64,000 bases of DNA, taken from contig CAWBNQ010000003.1 of NCBI GenBank assembly GCA_963790205.1, positions 320,001-384,000 of the forward strand, read 5' to 3'. This DNA comes from Nitrospirota bacterium. Its GTDB lineage: Bacteria; Nitrospirota; UBA9217. A program made the position numbers and the translations under genes. This document shows positions 51,344-63,702 of the stretch, one piece after another (within the stretch, counting starts at the first letter, position 1; every line of letters begins with the position of its first letter). The notes beneath the pieces were generated by a model. It worked only from the letters and a program-made list of their open reading frames with translations. It was not told the DNA's origin and did no database searches.

Positions 51344-51928
51344 ATGAAAATACTCTCAGCCGAATTCGTCATCAGCGCAGCGGCCCCGAAGCAGTTCCCG
51401 ATCGATCGGAGGCCGCAGATCGCTTTTGCCGGCCGCTCGAACGTCGGCAAATCGTCAATCATCAACACGCTGCTTCACCGGAGAAATCTGGTGAAAGCAA
51501 GCGTGACCCCGGGGAAAACCCAGCTTATCAACTTTTTCGCCGTCAATGACGGGTTCTATTTTGTCGATCTCCCGGGCTACGGGTTCGCCCGGGTGCCGCG
51601 CGCCGTGACCGACGCGTGGGCGCCGATGATCGAGGGCTACCTGAAAGGTTCTCCGGGCCTGCGGGCCGTGGTCGTGCTCCTGGATGCCCGGCGGGAACCG
51701 GACGAACGGGACCTGCGGCTTATCGATTGGCTCCAGCAGTACGGCATTCCCGCAATCTACGCCTTGACCAAGGCCGACAAACTGAACCGGCAGGAGGCTG
51801 AATGCGCGCAACGGGACATCCATGCGCGTCTGGGCATAGCAGCTCCGCTGCTCCTCACGTCGGCCAAAGCCGGGTTGGGCATCAAGGAGCTCTGGGCGGA
51901 GATTGGTAAAAGACTCAATGCAAAGTGA
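51344..51928 (+). CDS. engB: Ribosome biogenesis GTPase EngB/YihA
   Basis: GRSNVGKSS, DLPGYG, TKADK. Confidence 0.95.
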   Translation: MKILSAEFVISAAAPKQFPIDRRPQIAFAGRSNVGKSSIINTLLHRRNLVKASVTPGKTQLINFFAVNDGFYFVDLPGYGFARVPRAVTDAWAPMIEGYLKGSPGLRAVVVLLDARREPDERDLRLIDWLQQYGIPAIYALTKADKLNRQEAECAQRDIHARLGIAAPLLLTSAKAGLGIKELWAEIGKRLNAK

Positions 51929-52049
51929 ACAGGGTAGAATGCAACAGGCAAAATGATTGTATCGTCATTCCAGCTCTTGCACTCTGTAATTTGCATTTTG
52001 ACTTTTCAGTGGAGGCTTTCGTGGACTTGATCAAAGACCTCACGGCAAG

Positions 52050-52196
52050 AGCGGCAAGGTGGACGTGGTCGTGGAAAAATCGTCGGGAGAATCGTCCGTC
52101 GTGGCCACGCTGGGCCCCGGCCAGTTTTTTGGCGAGATGAGCCTCTTGACCGGTGCTGCACGGACGGCCAGCATCCAGGTGAAGGAGGACGCCGAG
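52050..52196 (+). pseudogene. Internal fragment of a cNMP-binding domain
   Basis: SGKVDVV...VATLGPGQFFGEMSLLTGAARTASI with no N- or C-terminal context. Confidence 0.7.
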
Positions 52197-52204
52197 AGGC
52201 GGGT

Positions 52205-53209
<1,005 letters not shown>

Positions 53210-54556
53210 TTATAGTATGTATCTGCTCAGGTCTTCGCTCTTCAGCACATCCGCCATGCGTCCGCGAACGTACTCGGCATCGATCGTATGCTTCGATCCT
53301 TTTTTCTCGGGCGCGTCGAAGGATATTTCGTCGAGCAGCCGTTCCAGGATCGTGTGGAGCCTGCGCGCGCCGATGTTCTCCGTCCGTTCATTGACCCGCG
53401 TCGCGATATCGGCGATCTCTTCGATCGAGTCGGTCGAAAAGGAAATCGTGACCTCTTCCGTTGCCAGAAGCGCGATATGCTGCTTGATGAGCGCGTTTCG
53501 CGGCTCGGTCAGGATGCGGATGAACTCGGGCTTGCCCAGGGAGTCGAGTTCGACCCGGATAGGGAATCTGCCCTGAAGCTCGGGTATCAGGTCCGACGGC
53601 TTCGATACATGGAACGCGCCCGCCGCGATGAACAAAATATGGTCGGTCTTGACCGGGCCGTATTTCGTGGCGACCGTCGATCCCTCCACGATCGGCAGGA
53701 GGTCGCGCTGCACGCCCTCGCGCGATACGTCGGGTCCGTGGGACTCGCGCCCGGCGATCTTGTCGATCTCGTCGAGGAACACGATGCCCGACTGCTCCAC
53801 TCGCTGGAGCGCTTCCTTGGCCACCTTTTCCATGTCGATCAGTTTCGCCGCCTCTTCCTGGACCAGGAGACGCAGCGCCTCCGGCACCTTGACCTTCCGC
53901 CGTTTCGTTTTTTCAGGCAGGAGCCCGCCGAGCATATCCTTGAGGTTCATCTCGATCTCCTCCATGCCGACGTTCGAGATGATGCCGAAGGGCATGACCT
54001 TTTCCTTCTGTTCTACTTCCACCAGGCGTTCATCGAGCTTCCCCTCCCTGAGCTGCTGGCGGAGCTTATCACGGGTGTTCTTGTGCAGCTCCTGCTGGTC
54101 GGCGCTTGGCGTCTCGAATTCGGGCGCGGCGGTCCTGATGGGGGGGAGCAGCAGGTCAAGGAGACGTTCTTCTGCAAGGCCCGCGGCCTTTTCCTGCACC
54201 TCGTCGGACAGCTCGTTCTTTACCATGTTGATGCCGATCTCGGCAAGGTCGCGGATGATGGACTCGACATCGCGTCCTACATAGCCGACCTCGGTAAACT
54301 TGGACGCCTCGATCTTGAGAAAGGGGGCCTGGACAAGTTTTGCGAGCCGCCGGGCGATCTCGGTCTTTCCCACCCCGGTGGGGCCGATCATGATGATGTT
54401 CTTCGGCAGCACCTCGTCACGGAGCTCCTCCGGCAGGCGCTGGCGCCTCCATCGATTTCGGAGCGCTATGGCCACCGCCCGTTTGGCCTTGTGCTGGCCG
54501 ATGACGTACTTATCGAGCTCTTCGACGATCTGGCGGGGTATCAGGGTGTCTTTCAA
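53210..54556 (-). CDS. hslU: HslUV protease ATPase subunit
   Basis: [26 protein letters not shown]. Confidence 0.98.
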   Translation of the reverse strand: MKDTLIPRQIVEELDKYVIGQHKAKRAVAIALRNRWRRQRLPEELRDEVLPKNIIMIGPTGVGKTEIARRLAKLVQAPFLKIEASKFTEVGYVGRDVESIIRDLAEIGINMVKNELSDEVQEKAAGLAEERLLDLLLPPIRTAAPEFETPSADQQELHKNTRDKLRQQLREGKLDERLVEVEQKEKVMPFGIISNVGMEEIEMNLKDMLGGLLPEKTKRRKVKVPEALRLLVQEEAAKLIDMEKVAKEALQRVEQSGIVFLDEIDKIAGRESHGPDVSREGVQRDLLPIVEGSTVATKYGPVKTDHILFIAAGAFHVSKPSDLIPELQGRFPIRVELDSLGKPEFIRILTEPRNALIKQHIALLATEEVTISFSTDSIEEIADIATRVNERTENIGARRLHTILERLLDEISFDAPEKKGSKHTIDAEYVRGRMADVLKSEDLSRYIL

Positions 54557-54574
54557 GAAAACCTCCAGGGTGTT

Positions 54575-54688
54575 AAGTACAAAATCCTAATATCTAAATC
54601 CTAAATAAATTCCAATGCCCAAAAGAGCTGTTTGAATATCGGATTTTATAATTTCGACTTTGTTTAGGATTTCGGACTTAGCATTTGC
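54575..54688. repeat. 7-nt-period inverted repeat (aaatcct/aggattt)
   Basis: aaatcctaatatctaaatcctaaat facing tttaggatttcggacttagcattt. Confidence 0.65.
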
Positions 54689-54690
54689 AG

Positions 54691-55233
54691 CTATAGTTCT
54701 TCTATCGTTATTTCCTTATTCGTGTAAATGCAGATTTCGGCCGCGATCTTCATGGCCTCTTCCACGAGTGTGCGCGCATCCAGCTTCGTGTGCTCCATGA
54801 GCGCCCGTGCGGCGGCCAGTGCGTAAGGGCCGCCGGAGCCGATGGCTGCGACCCCGTTCTCGGGCTCGATCACGTCCCCGTTTCCCGAGAGGATGAACGA
54901 GCGTTCGTTGTCAGCCACGATCATGAGGGCTTCGAGCCTGCGGAGCACCTTGTCGGTGCGCCAGTCCTTGGCGAGTTCCACGGCGGCACGCGTGAGGTTG
55001 CCGTGGTATTGTTCGAGCTTGGCCTCGAATTTTTCGAAGAGGGTGAAGGCGTCCGCCGTTGCGCCGGCAAAACCGGCGAGGATCTTGTTGTTATACAGGG
55101 TGCGCACCTTTTTTGCGTTATGCTTCATCACCGTGGCGCCGACCGTCACCTGTCCGTCGCCGGCAATCGCGGTCTTGCCGTTCCGTCGAACGGACAGGAT
55201 CGTTGTTGCATGCAGGGGTGTTATTTCACTCAT
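54691..55233 (-). CDS. hslV: HslUV protease peptidase subunit
   Basis: TTIL...AGDGQVT, GSGG, ICIYTN. Confidence 0.98.
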   Translation of the reverse strand: MSEITPLHATTILSVRRNGKTAIAGDGQVTVGATVMKHNAKKVRTLYNNKILAGFAGATADAFTLFEKFEAKLEQYHGNLTRAAVELAKDWRTDKVLRRLEALMIVADNERSFILSGNGDVIEPENGVAAIGSGGPYALAAARALMEHTKLDARTLVEEAMKIAAEICIYTNKEITIEEL

Positions 55234-55314
55234 GACGCCTCCCGTTAAATCCGATGGACGATGGACGGAGTCTTCATGGTTCTATCGTCCCTCGTCCTTT
55301 CGTCCGTCGTCGCT

Positions 55315-56205
55315 CTATTTCTGCTTCCTCGCCTTCGGATGCGCCCTGTCATAGACGTCCATCAGCGAGTCGAGGTTGAGATGGGTGTACCGCTGGGTGG
55401 TCGAAAGGCTCGCATGGCCCAGGAGCTCCTGGATGGCCCGCAGGTCCGCTCCGGATTCGAGCATGTGCGTGGCGAAGCTGTGCCTGAGCGTGTGCGGGCT
55501 CGCCTTCTGCTGCAGCCCCAGTTTTTTTCTATAGTTTTCTAAAATACGCTGAACCGTTCGAGCTGTCAAGCGTTTTCCCGCCGGGCCGCTGAATACCGCC
55601 GAAAGCTCGGTGCCCACGGGCTTTGACCGAACATAGGCGTCGATGGCGTCGAGCGCCTTATGTCCGATCGGCACAACGCGCTCCTTGCGTCCCTTGCCCC
55701 TGATGCGGATGAGCCGGTCATGGACGTCGATATCCTCATGGTTCATCCCGATGAGCTCGCTCGCGCGAATTCCGGTGGAGTATAGGGTTTCCAGAACGGC
55801 CCGGTCCCTGAGTTCGACGCCGGGAACCCCGGTCTTTTTCCCTCGCGGCGCTTCCATGAGCCGCTGGGCATCGTCGGCGGTCAGCACGACGGGGAGGCGC
55901 TTTTCCCTGCGCGGTGTCGAAACGAGCCTTGCCGGGTTCGCCGTGAGGACGCCTTGCCGGTTCAGATATTTGAAGAAGGTCCTCAGCGTGGACAGCTTCC
56001 TGGCGATAGAGGATTTTCGTACATCGAGCTTCATGAGATGCGCCAAGAATTGACGAAGGAATAGATGGTCGACTGAAGCCAGGTCCATAGTACCAAGAAA
56101 ATCGAAGAACTGGTCCAGGTCAGAGAGGTAGCTCCGCTCGGTGTGGGGTGAAGTATTTTTTTCATGCTTGAGGTACTGGAGGAAGTCAAAGACGCGCCTG
56201 CGCAT
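55315..56205 (-). CDS. xerC: Tyrosine recombinase XerC
   Basis: LYSTGIRASEL, GKGRKER, HTLRHSFATH, LLGHASLSTTQRY; next to hslV. Confidence 0.9.
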   Translation of the reverse strand: MRRRVFDFLQYLKHEKNTSPHTERSYLSDLDQFFDFLGTMDLASVDHLFLRQFLAHLMKLDVRKSSIARKLSTLRTFFKYLNRQGVLTANPARLVSTPRREKRLPVVLTADDAQRLMEAPRGKKTGVPGVELRDRAVLETLYSTGIRASELIGMNHEDIDVHDRLIRIRGKGRKERVVPIGHKALDAIDAYVRSKPVGTELSAVFSGPAGKRLTARTVQRILENYRKKLGLQQKASPHTLRHSFATHMLESGADLRAIQELLGHASLSTTQRYTHLNLDSLMDVYDRAHPKARKQK

Positions 56206-56331
56206 AAGGTTACTTTAGCGTAACCGATGGGATTTTGCAAGAGGGAGGCACATGCGGATTTCGGATAGAGGAATAAAAAAACGATGGAAAGAGACGGGGC
56301 CTCGGGCAAGGAATGAGAGACGATGGACGTG

Positions 56332-58632
56332 TTATGTTGCTTCCGTTTTCTGTACGCTTTCTTCCGTGCCCTGGCCTTCCACTTTCGGCTCTTCTTTATA
56401 CCCGCACTCTTTCTTCAGGCAGGCGATGTAGGGGCCGGTCTTCTTGGAATACTTTTCCACGAGGAACGGCGCATTGCACTGCGGGCACGCGCGGGGCAGG
56501 GGCTTATACCAGGTGGCGAACTTGCAGTCGGGATAATTCGCGCAGGAGTAGAACATTTTCCCGAAGCGGGAGCGCCGCTCCACGAGCATGCCGCCGTCCT
56601 CGGGACAGGCAACGCCCGTCGACATGCCCTGGGTGTGGTTGCACTCGGGGTAGCGCGAACAGGCGAGGAACTTTCCGAACCGGCCCCGTTTGACGACCAT
56701 GGGCGATTTGCACTTGGGACAAAGCTCGTCCGTGGTTTCTTCGGGCGCAGCCTCCACCTCGCCGTTCTCCTTGCGGATAAAGGGCCTGGTCGTCTTGCAC
56801 TCCGGATAGCCGCTGCAGGCAAGGAACTGGCCGTTCCGGCCCCACTTGATCACCATGGGCTTGCCGCATTTTTCGCAGGCAATGTCCGTGGGCGTCAGTT
56901 CGGCCTTGAAGTCCTTCATCTCTGCCTGGGCCTTCTCGAGGCTTTCGTTGAAGGGTTTGTAAAAATCCTTCACGGCGCTTACCCAGGGCATCTGTCCTTC
57001 TTCGATCTTGTCGAGCTCTTCCTCCATTTTCGCGGTGAAGGCGACGTCCATGATCACCGGGAAGTGGTTCACGAGAAGGTCGCACACGAGCACCCCGAGC
57101 TCGGTCGGCCGGAACTTGTTCTCCATTTTCTGGACGTAGTCCCGTTCCTGGATCGTGGAGATGATCGCGGCGTAGGTGCTCGGCCGGCCGATGCCTTTTT
57201 CCTCCAGCGTCTTGACGAGCAGGGCCTCGGAAAACCGCGGGGGCGGCTGGGTAAAATGCTGTTTGGGGTCGAGTTTGACGAGCGAGAGCGCCTCTCCCTC
57301 GGTGAGCGGCGGAAGAACGGCCTCCCCGTTTTCCTCTTCTGACGGCGCCTGATCTTCCGCCTTTTCTTCCATATAGACGGCCATGAAGCCGGGGAATTTC
57401 ACGACCGAGCCCGTGGCACGGAACGTATAGACTCCGGCTTTGATATCGACCGAGGTCTGGTCGATGATCGCCGGGTTCATCTGGCTCGCAACGAAACGGT
57501 TCCAGATGAGCTTGTAGAGCTTGTACTGGTCGGGCTCCAGATACTGTTTGATCGCATCCGGTTCCCGCAAGACCGACGTGGGGCGGACGGCTTCGTGCGC
57601 TTCCTGGGCGCTCTTGGCGCTGGCGTACACGGGCGGCTTTTCCGGTACATACTCCTTGCCGTATTTATTCGCAATGAGTTCCCGCGCCTCGTCCTGCGCT
57701 TCCTTGCCCACGCGGGTGGAATCGGTCCTCATGTACGTGATAAGGCCGACGGTGCCTTCCTTGCCCACGTCCACGCCTTCATAGAGCGACTGGGCAATGC
57801 CCATCGTTCTCTTGGAGGTGAAGCCGAGCTTCCGGCCCCCCTCCTGCTGGAGCTTGCTCGTGGTAAAGGGCGGCACGGGATTGCGGCGGCGCTCCTTTTT
57901 GTCCACCTTGGCGACGGAATACGATGCGCCCTGGAGCTCGGCGAGGATCTTTTGCACCTCGTCGTTGTTTTTTACCCGGAGCTTTTCCTCGTCTTTTCTG
58001 AGGAGCTTGGCCTCGAACTGCGGCGGCAGTTTCCCTTCGAGGAGCGCTGTAAGGGACCAGAACTCTTCGGGGACGAAGGCCTTGATCTCTTCCTCGCGCT
58101 CGACGATCAGGCGCAGGGCCACGGACTGCACGCGGCCGGCCGAGAGCCCGCGCCGCACCTTTTTCCAGAGGATGGGGCTGATCTGGTAGCCGACGAGCCG
58201 GTCGAGGATGCGCCGCGCCTGCTGAGCGTCGACCTTGTTCGCGTCAACCTTGCCGGGATGCTCGATGGCCAGGAGGATGGCCTTCTTGGTGATCTCGTTG
58301 AACAGTACGCGGTAGACTTCCTCGTGCTTGATGCTTCCCGATATGACCTCTGCAACATGCGCGGCAATGGCTTCTCCTTCGCGGTCCGGGTCGGTCGCGA
58401 TCAGAATCCGGTCGGCTTTCTTGGCGGCGGACTTGAGTTCCTTCACGACCGGGGCTTTGCCCTTGATCACGATGTACTTGGGCTCGAAGTTGTTTTCGAT
58501 ATCGACGCCGAGCTTGCTCTTGGGCAGGTCCATGATGTGGCCCACGGAGGCCTTGACCGTGTAATCCTTGCCCAGATACTTGGCAATGGTCTTTGCTTTT
58601 GCCGGCGATTCGACTATGACGAGTGATTTCAT
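56332..58632 (-). CDS. topA: DNA topoisomerase I
   Basis: IVESPAKA, DPDREGEAI, ITYMRTDS, C-terminal zinc ribbons. Confidence 0.98.
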   Translation of the reverse strand: MKSLVIVESPAKAKTIAKYLGKDYTVKASVGHIMDLPKSKLGVDIENNFEPKYIVIKGKAPVVKELKSAAKKADRILIATDPDREGEAIAAHVAEVISGSIKHEEVYRVLFNEITKKAILLAIEHPGKVDANKVDAQQARRILDRLVGYQISPILWKKVRRGLSAGRVQSVALRLIVEREEEIKAFVPEEFWSLTALLEGKLPPQFEAKLLRKDEEKLRVKNNDEVQKILAELQGASYSVAKVDKKERRRNPVPPFTTSKLQQEGGRKLGFTSKRTMGIAQSLYEGVDVGKEGTVGLITYMRTDSTRVGKEAQDEARELIANKYGKEYVPEKPPVYASAKSAQEAHEAVRPTSVLREPDAIKQYLEPDQYKLYKLIWNRFVASQMNPAIIDQTSVDIKAGVYTFRATGSVVKFPGFMAVYMEEKAEDQAPSEEENGEAVLPPLTEGEALSLVKLDPKQHFTQPPPRFSEALLVKTLEEKGIGRPSTYAAIISTIQERDYVQKMENKFRPTELGVLVCDLLVNHFPVIMDVAFTAKMEEELDKIEEGQMPWVSAVKDFYKPFNESLEKAQAEMKDFKAELTPTDIACEKCGKPMVIKWGRNGQFLACSGYPECKTTRPFIRKENGEVEAAPEETTDELCPKCKSPMVVKRGRFGKFLACSRYPECNHTQGMSTGVACPEDGGMLVERRSRFGKMFYSCANYPDCKFATWYKPLPRACPQCNAPFLVEKYSKKTGPYIACLKKECGYKEEPKVEGQGTEESVQKTEAT

Positions 58633-58728
58633 AATTTAAAACCTTTTACCGCAGGAACGAAGAGAGCGTAATTTTTAATTCTCGGATCGAGGTCGCTGAG
58701 GTATAGAGTTATAAGTATAACCGGTCTT

Positions 58729-59205
58729 TTAATTCCAGGCGGTGTTTTTTATTCGCCGCAGATTAGAGAGGGCAGAATGCTCCTGTTCATGGGCGCTCAT
58801 GAACAGGATAAGGGCGATCAACGTCTTCATGACCGGGAGATCGATCGTGCCCGAGTGCATGTTCATGGCCTTCTCGAGCAGTTCCTCCCGCTGATCTTCG
58901 GAAATAATGTCGAGGAGCGTAAGCTTCAATACGAAGCTGAAAGCGTCCGCCGAGAACCGTCCGCGCTCTTCCCGGGTCATGGTCCTGATCCTGAGCGACT
59001 GGAAGGCGTGCTCAGGCTCAAAAAACGTATCGGTCTCTTTTTGCACCAGCGTCTGCATGAGCGTAAGAGCGGCATCCGCTTCATGGAGATGATAGCCGTT
59101 ATTCAACAGCGCCTGCATGATCTTGCCTTCTTCATCGAACAGTTCCCGCTTGTTCCGCACCTGGTCCGCAATAAGCGAGAACATGTTCATCATAAGTTCG
59201 TCCAC
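58729..59205 (-). CDS. Smg/DUF494 family protein
   Basis: Between dprA and topA; LLNNGY..EADAAL, IRTMTREER pattern; GTG start with GGAGG. Confidence 0.75.
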   Translation of the reverse strand: MDELMMNMFSLIADQVRNKRELFDEEGKIMQALLNNGYHLHEADAALTLMQTLVQKETDTFFEPEHAFQSLRIRTMTREERGRFSADAFSFVLKLTLLDIISEDQREELLEKAMNMHSGTIDLPVMKTLIALILFMSAHEQEHSALSNLRRIKNTAWN

Positions 59206-59330
59206 AAAGAAACCTCCGTAAATTTGCCGCGGAGCACGCAGAGCGCGCGAAGCAAAAGAGTAAAGAGGCGACATGCAAAGTCTAGCCTTAAAACTCCGCG
59301 CTCCCGGCGGTCTCCTCGGTCAAAAGCCTC

Positions 59331-60422
59331 TTATTCTTCCCGCACATAATACTTCCCCGGAAGCTGTTTTGCCAGTTCTTTCAATTCCAGGGTGATTAGG
59401 ACCCCGCTCAGCCTGCCTGCGGCAAGGCGGGACTCATTCATGATGACGTCGATATGCCTGGGCTCGCTCGTAATACAGCTGAGAACGGATTCCTCATCCG
59501 GGGTGAGCGCCGGCGGCCGCGTCCCGCTCTTCCGGTTCGTCCCGGGTCGTTTTATTCCGAAGCTCCGCAAGATGTCATCGGAGCCTTCCACCAGGACGGC
59601 TCCCCGCTTGATGAGACTGTTCGTTCCCCGGCTGTTCGGCGAGCTGATGTTACCGGGCACGGCAAAAAGTTTTCTGCCCTGTTCGAACGTGTAATTCGCG
59701 GTGATGAGCGACCCGCTGTCTTCCGTCGCTTCTATGATTACCGTTCCGCGCGAAAGCCCGCTGATGATCCGGTTCCGGGCGGGAAAGTAACCGGCCTCCG
59801 GCTTCGTGCCGAATGGGTTCTCGGTCACGACGGCGCCGCTGCTGCTGATCCGTTCCAGGAGGTCGCTGTTCTCGGGCGGATAGACGATGTCGATGCCGCA
59901 CCCGAGCACCGCGATCGTTCTGCCCTTTGCCGCAAGCGCGCCCCGGTGCGCCTGGGTATCGATGCCCCGCGCCAGGCCGCTCACGATGGTGAGCCCGGCC
60001 GCGGCCAGCTCGTAGGCGATCCGATGTGTCACGGTCAGGCCGTAGTGCGTCGGTTTGCGCGTGCCCACGATCGCGACGCCGTCCCCATCCCCCAGGCTGC
60101 CCTTTATATAAAGGAGGAGCGGAGGGTCCGGCGTGTTCCTGAGCGAAGGGGGATACGCTGTGTCGTCGGCGAGAATGATCCGGACCCCGGCTTTTCGCGC
60201 TTTTTCCAGTTCTTTTTCCGCGTACTCGCGCCACGAGAAAGACGCGATGTCGGCGATTACCCTCTCCGACAAGCCTGCGTTGTCCAGTTCATCCCGCGGC
60301 GCGGTAAGCGCCTGCTCCGGCGAGCCAAAATGATGCGCAAGCTTCCTGAAGGTGACCCTCCCGACTCCGGGGATGCTGCTGAGCCCTATCCAGAAGAGCG
60401 CAGGATCGTTGCTTTTTTGCAT
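59331..60422 (-). CDS. dprA: DNA-processing protein DprA
   Basis: VAIVGTR, IVSGLARGID, FPARNRIISGLS. Confidence 0.97.
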   Translation of the reverse strand: MQKSNDPALFWIGLSSIPGVGRVTFRKLAHHFGSPEQALTAPRDELDNAGLSERVIADIASFSWREYAEKELEKARKAGVRIILADDTAYPPSLRNTPDPPLLLYIKGSLGDGDGVAIVGTRKPTHYGLTVTHRIAYELAAAGLTIVSGLARGIDTQAHRGALAAKGRTIAVLGCGIDIVYPPENSDLLERISSSGAVVTENPFGTKPEAGYFPARNRIISGLSRGTVIIEATEDSGSLITANYTFEQGRKLFAVPGNISSPNSRGTNSLIKRGAVLVEGSDDILRSFGIKRPGTNRKSGTRPPALTPDEESVLSCITSEPRHIDVIMNESRLAAGRLSGVLITLELKELAKQLPGKYYVREE

Positions 60423-60649
60423 GCGGCTGTCCGTCGTACAGCGGTTTTATGCACTTAAGGGTAGAAATTATACAGACTCAGGGGAGATAGTCAAGGATTT
60501 TTTTGGTTTGCGCGTATATTCCGATTGAAAATTGCGGCCATAAGTCGGATAATGCGGCAATACCGTTGGAGATGACGCCTCGCGAGACTGAGGAAATCCG
60601 TTCGCGGACCGAAAGCGGGTTCACGGCTGACATTCAAGGAAATAAATCA

Positions 60650-62959
60650 GTGAAGGATGACGACGCCATAAAAGAGCCGCACGATAACGACAGGCAAAAT
60701 GCGGAGGACTCGCTCCGCGAAGCGGAACAGCGCTATCGCACCCTGTTCAGGCAATCCCCTGATGGCATTCTGATCATTGATACTGAGGGAAAGTTCATTG
60801 ATTTCAATGAAGCGGCGCACGTTCAACTCGGCTACTCGCGCGAGGAGTTCGAGAAACTGCGCATTGCCGACATCGATCCCCATCAGAGTCCTGAGGAGAT
60901 ACGGGCCTCGATCGAAGAGGTTTTCAAGAAGGGCAGCGCGGAGCTCGAAGTCAAGCATAAAACCAAGAGCGGAGAAATGCGGGACGTCCACGTCATTACC
61001 CAGTTGATGGTGTTGTCCGGCCGCACGGTTTTTCACACCATCTGGCGCGATGTGACCGAGCACAAACGCGCAGACGAGGCCCTTATCGAATCGGAAAAAA
61101 AATACCGGGACTTGTTTGAAAACGCAAATGATGCGATATTGATCGTCGGTCCGGCCCTAAATTTTATCGATGTGAACAAGAGGGCCACGGAAATTTTCGG
61201 TTATTCGAGAGAAGAATATTTAACCATGAGGATCCTCGATGTGATCCCGCCGGAGCAGGTCCCCCGGTCGGAAACCGCCTTCACCTCATTAAGAGAAAAA
61301 GGCTCCTATGAAAAGTTCACCGGGAAAAGCCGCACAAAAGACGGGCGCTGGCTCGATGTCGAGGTCAGCTCTTCTGCAATTATTCATGATGGGAAAATCG
61401 TCGGATCGAGAGACATCCTAAGGGACATTACCGAAAGAAAACGCGCGGAAGATGCGCTGCGGTCGAGCGAAAATTATCTGCAAACGATCATTGAGACGGA
61501 ACCGGAATGTGTCAAGCTCATTGCTTCCGACGGCGCTTTGCTCATGATGAACCGTTCCGGCCTTGCCATGCTCGAGGCTGACTCCCTTGACCAGGTCAAA
61601 GGGCAATCGGTTTATCAGCTCGTAGCTCCAGAGCACCGCGAGGCCTTCAAGGCGCATGTGAAAACGATTTTCCAGGGCAAACAGGGGATACTCGAATTCG
61701 ACATGGTGGGCATCAAGGGCAGGCGGCTTCGTCTGGAAAGCCATTCCGTCCCTCTTCGCAACGCAAAAGATGAAATAATCGCCTTGCTCGGTGTAACCCG
61801 CGACATTACGGAGCGCAAAAAACTGGAAGAAGAGCTCGTCAAGGCGCAGAAACTCGAATCAGTGGGTCTTCTTGCCGGCGGCATCGCGCATGATTTCAAC
61901 AACCTGCTGACCGCGATTTTAGGCAATATCAACCTCGCAAAAATGTATCTCAAAACCGAGGACAAGGCACTTGAACGGATCGTTGAAGCGGAAAGAGCGT
62001 CTCTCCGTGCGAAGGACCTGACCCATCAGTTGCTGACCTTTTCCAGGGGCGGGGCCCCCGTCAAAAAAACAGCCTCCATAGCAGAAGTAATAAAAGAGTC
62101 GGCGCGGTTCGCCTTGAGAGGGTCCAAGGTGCAATGCGATTTTGTCATTCCCAACAACCTCCGGCCTGTTGAAATAGATGAAGGGCAGATGAGCCAGGTG
62201 GTCAATAACCTGATCATCAACGCCGACCAGGCCATGCCCGGAGGAGGCGGGATCAAAGTGGAGTGCCGCAATGTTGCCGTTCAAGAGGCGGATGCCCTGC
62301 CGTTAAAAGAAGGGGAATATGTAAAAATATCCTTTGAGGACCACGGCAGCGGCATATCACCGGAACATATTTCCAGGATATTCGACCCGTATTTTACCAC
62401 AAAAGAGAAGGGAAGCGGCCTCGGACTTGCTACGACCTACTCTATTATCAAGAGGCATGACGGCACTATTACGGTGGAATCCGCGCCGGGGGCCGGAGCA
62501 ACGTTTCATATCTACCTTCCCGCATCTGAAGCAAGGAACTTGCCAGAGAAAGTAAAAGAGGAAACCTTTTGCACGGGAACCGGAAAGATCCTGGTAATGG
62601 ACGATGAAAGAATAGTGAGGGAAGTCTCCGCGGAGATTTTGAAAAACCTTGGATATGAGGTCGAGGTTGCCAAAGACGGAACTGAAGTAATAATGTTGTA
62701 TACAAAGGCCAAAGAATCAGGAAAGGCCTTTCACGCCGTCATCATGGACATTACGGTCCCCGGCGGCATGGGGGGCGAAGAAGCCATCAAAAAACTGCGC
62801 GAATTTGACCCCGGAATCAAAGCGATCGTCTCAAGCGGTTATTCGAATGATCCCATAATGGCCCACTTCGGCAAATACGGTTTTAAAGAGGTAATCGAAA
62901 AACCGTATACCAGCTCCGCTCTCGGCAAGATACTGCATAAGGTGCTCGCAGAACCGTAG
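60650..62959 (+). CDS. Cytoplasmic hybrid histidine kinase (3 PAS + HisKA + HATPase + REC)
   Basis: Repeated RDITERK, AHDFNNLL, FTTKEKGSGLGL, VMDDE/MDITVP. Confidence 0.93.
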   Translation: MKDDDAIKEPHDNDRQNAEDSLREAEQRYRTLFRQSPDGILIIDTEGKFIDFNEAAHVQLGYSREEFEKLRIADIDPHQSPEEIRASIEEVFKKGSAELEVKHKTKSGEMRDVHVITQLMVLSGRTVFHTIWRDVTEHKRADEALIESEKKYRDLFENANDAILIVGPALNFIDVNKRATEIFGYSREEYLTMRILDVIPPEQVPRSETAFTSLREKGSYEKFTGKSRTKDGRWLDVEVSSSAIIHDGKIVGSRDILRDITERKRAEDALRSSENYLQTIIETEPECVKLIASDGALLMMNRSGLAMLEADSLDQVKGQSVYQLVAPEHREAFKAHVKTIFQGKQGILEFDMVGIKGRRLRLESHSVPLRNAKDEIIALLGVTRDITERKKLEEELVKAQKLESVGLLAGGIAHDFNNLLTAILGNINLAKMYLKTEDKALERIVEAERASLRAKDLTHQLLTFSRGGAPVKKTASIAEVIKESARFALRGSKVQCDFVIPNNLRPVEIDEGQMSQVVNNLIINADQAMPGGGGIKVECRNVAVQEADALPLKEGEYVKISFEDHGSGISPEHISRIFDPYFTTKEKGSGLGLATTYSIIKRHDGTITVESAPGAGATFHIYLPASEARNLPEKVKEETFCTGTGKILVMDDERIVREVSAEILKNLGYEVEVAKDGTEVIMLYTKAKESGKAFHAVIMDITVPGGMGGEEAIKKLREFDPGIKAIVSSGYSNDPIMAHFGKYGFKEVIEKPYTSSALGKILHKVLAEP

Positions 62960-63024
62960 AGCGCCTGTCTCGGACAATTCTTTTCTACCCGAACCAAACC
63001 CTCTTACGCCCTCTCAGCAGAGAA

Positions 63025-63660
63025 TTAAATGCTTCTCGATGGGCAGATCTCGAATAACACGCATTCGCTGTGCTTCGGATTTCTCGCCTGGCAGACCGCC
63101 CTTCCGTGGAAGATAAGAAGATGAGAGAGGTTTCCCCAATCCTTCTGAGGAGTGACGACGATCAGGTCCTGTTCTACCTTGACCGGGTCGTCGTGTTTTG
63201 TAAGGCCGAGCCGGAAAGCGAGCCGCTTCACGTGGGTGTCCACGGCGATCCCTTCGTTGACGCCGAAGGCGCTCGACAGCACGATGTTCGCCGTCTTTCT
63301 CGCGACCCCCGGAAGGGTGATCAGTTCCTCCATCGTCTGCGGCACGTTCCCGTCGAACTTTTCGATCAACATCTTCGCTGTCTTGTTGATGCTCTTTGCC
63401 TTGTTGTTGAAGAAGTTGACGGAGCGAATGTCCTGGGAGAGCTTTTCCGGGGTGGTGTCCGCGAAGTCCTGCAGGGACCGGTATTTTTTAAAGAGCCCTT
63501 CAGTCACTCTGTTCACCAGTACGTCCGTGGTTTGGGCCGAAAGGATGGTCGCAATGAGCAACTCGAAGGGCGTGGAGAAACGGAGGGCCGTCTGCGGCGT
63601 CCCGGCGTATACCTTTTTCAGTTTCTTCAGAATTTCCGTTACCTGCTTCTTCCTGTCCAT
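63025..63660 (-). CDS. nth: Endonuclease III
   Basis: LSAQTTD, LPGVARKTA, VDTHV, C-terminal Cys cluster. Confidence 0.95.
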   Translation of the reverse strand: MDRKKQVTEILKKLKKVYAGTPQTALRFSTPFELLIATILSAQTTDVLVNRVTEGLFKKYRSLQDFADTTPEKLSQDIRSVNFFNNKAKSINKTAKMLIEKFDGNVPQTMEELITLPGVARKTANIVLSSAFGVNEGIAVDTHVKRLAFRLGLTKHDDPVKVEQDLIVVTPQKDWGNLSHLLIFHGRAVCQARNPKHSECVLFEICPSRSI

Positions 63661-63702
63661 GGCAGCTCCTCATTATTAATACATTCCTGATTCAGCAGCA
63701 CC

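Noticed and set aside
55315..56205. Tyrosine recombinase as a prophage or island integrase
   Set aside because: Sits in the conserved topA-xerC-hslVU order with no att sites or phage genes
60580..60635. Hairpin plus GAAA upstream of the PAS kinase as a c-di-GMP riboswitch
   Set aside because: Lacks the GGCAAA...GACGCAAAG core and a second stem; only a short tccg-ttcg-cgga hairpin
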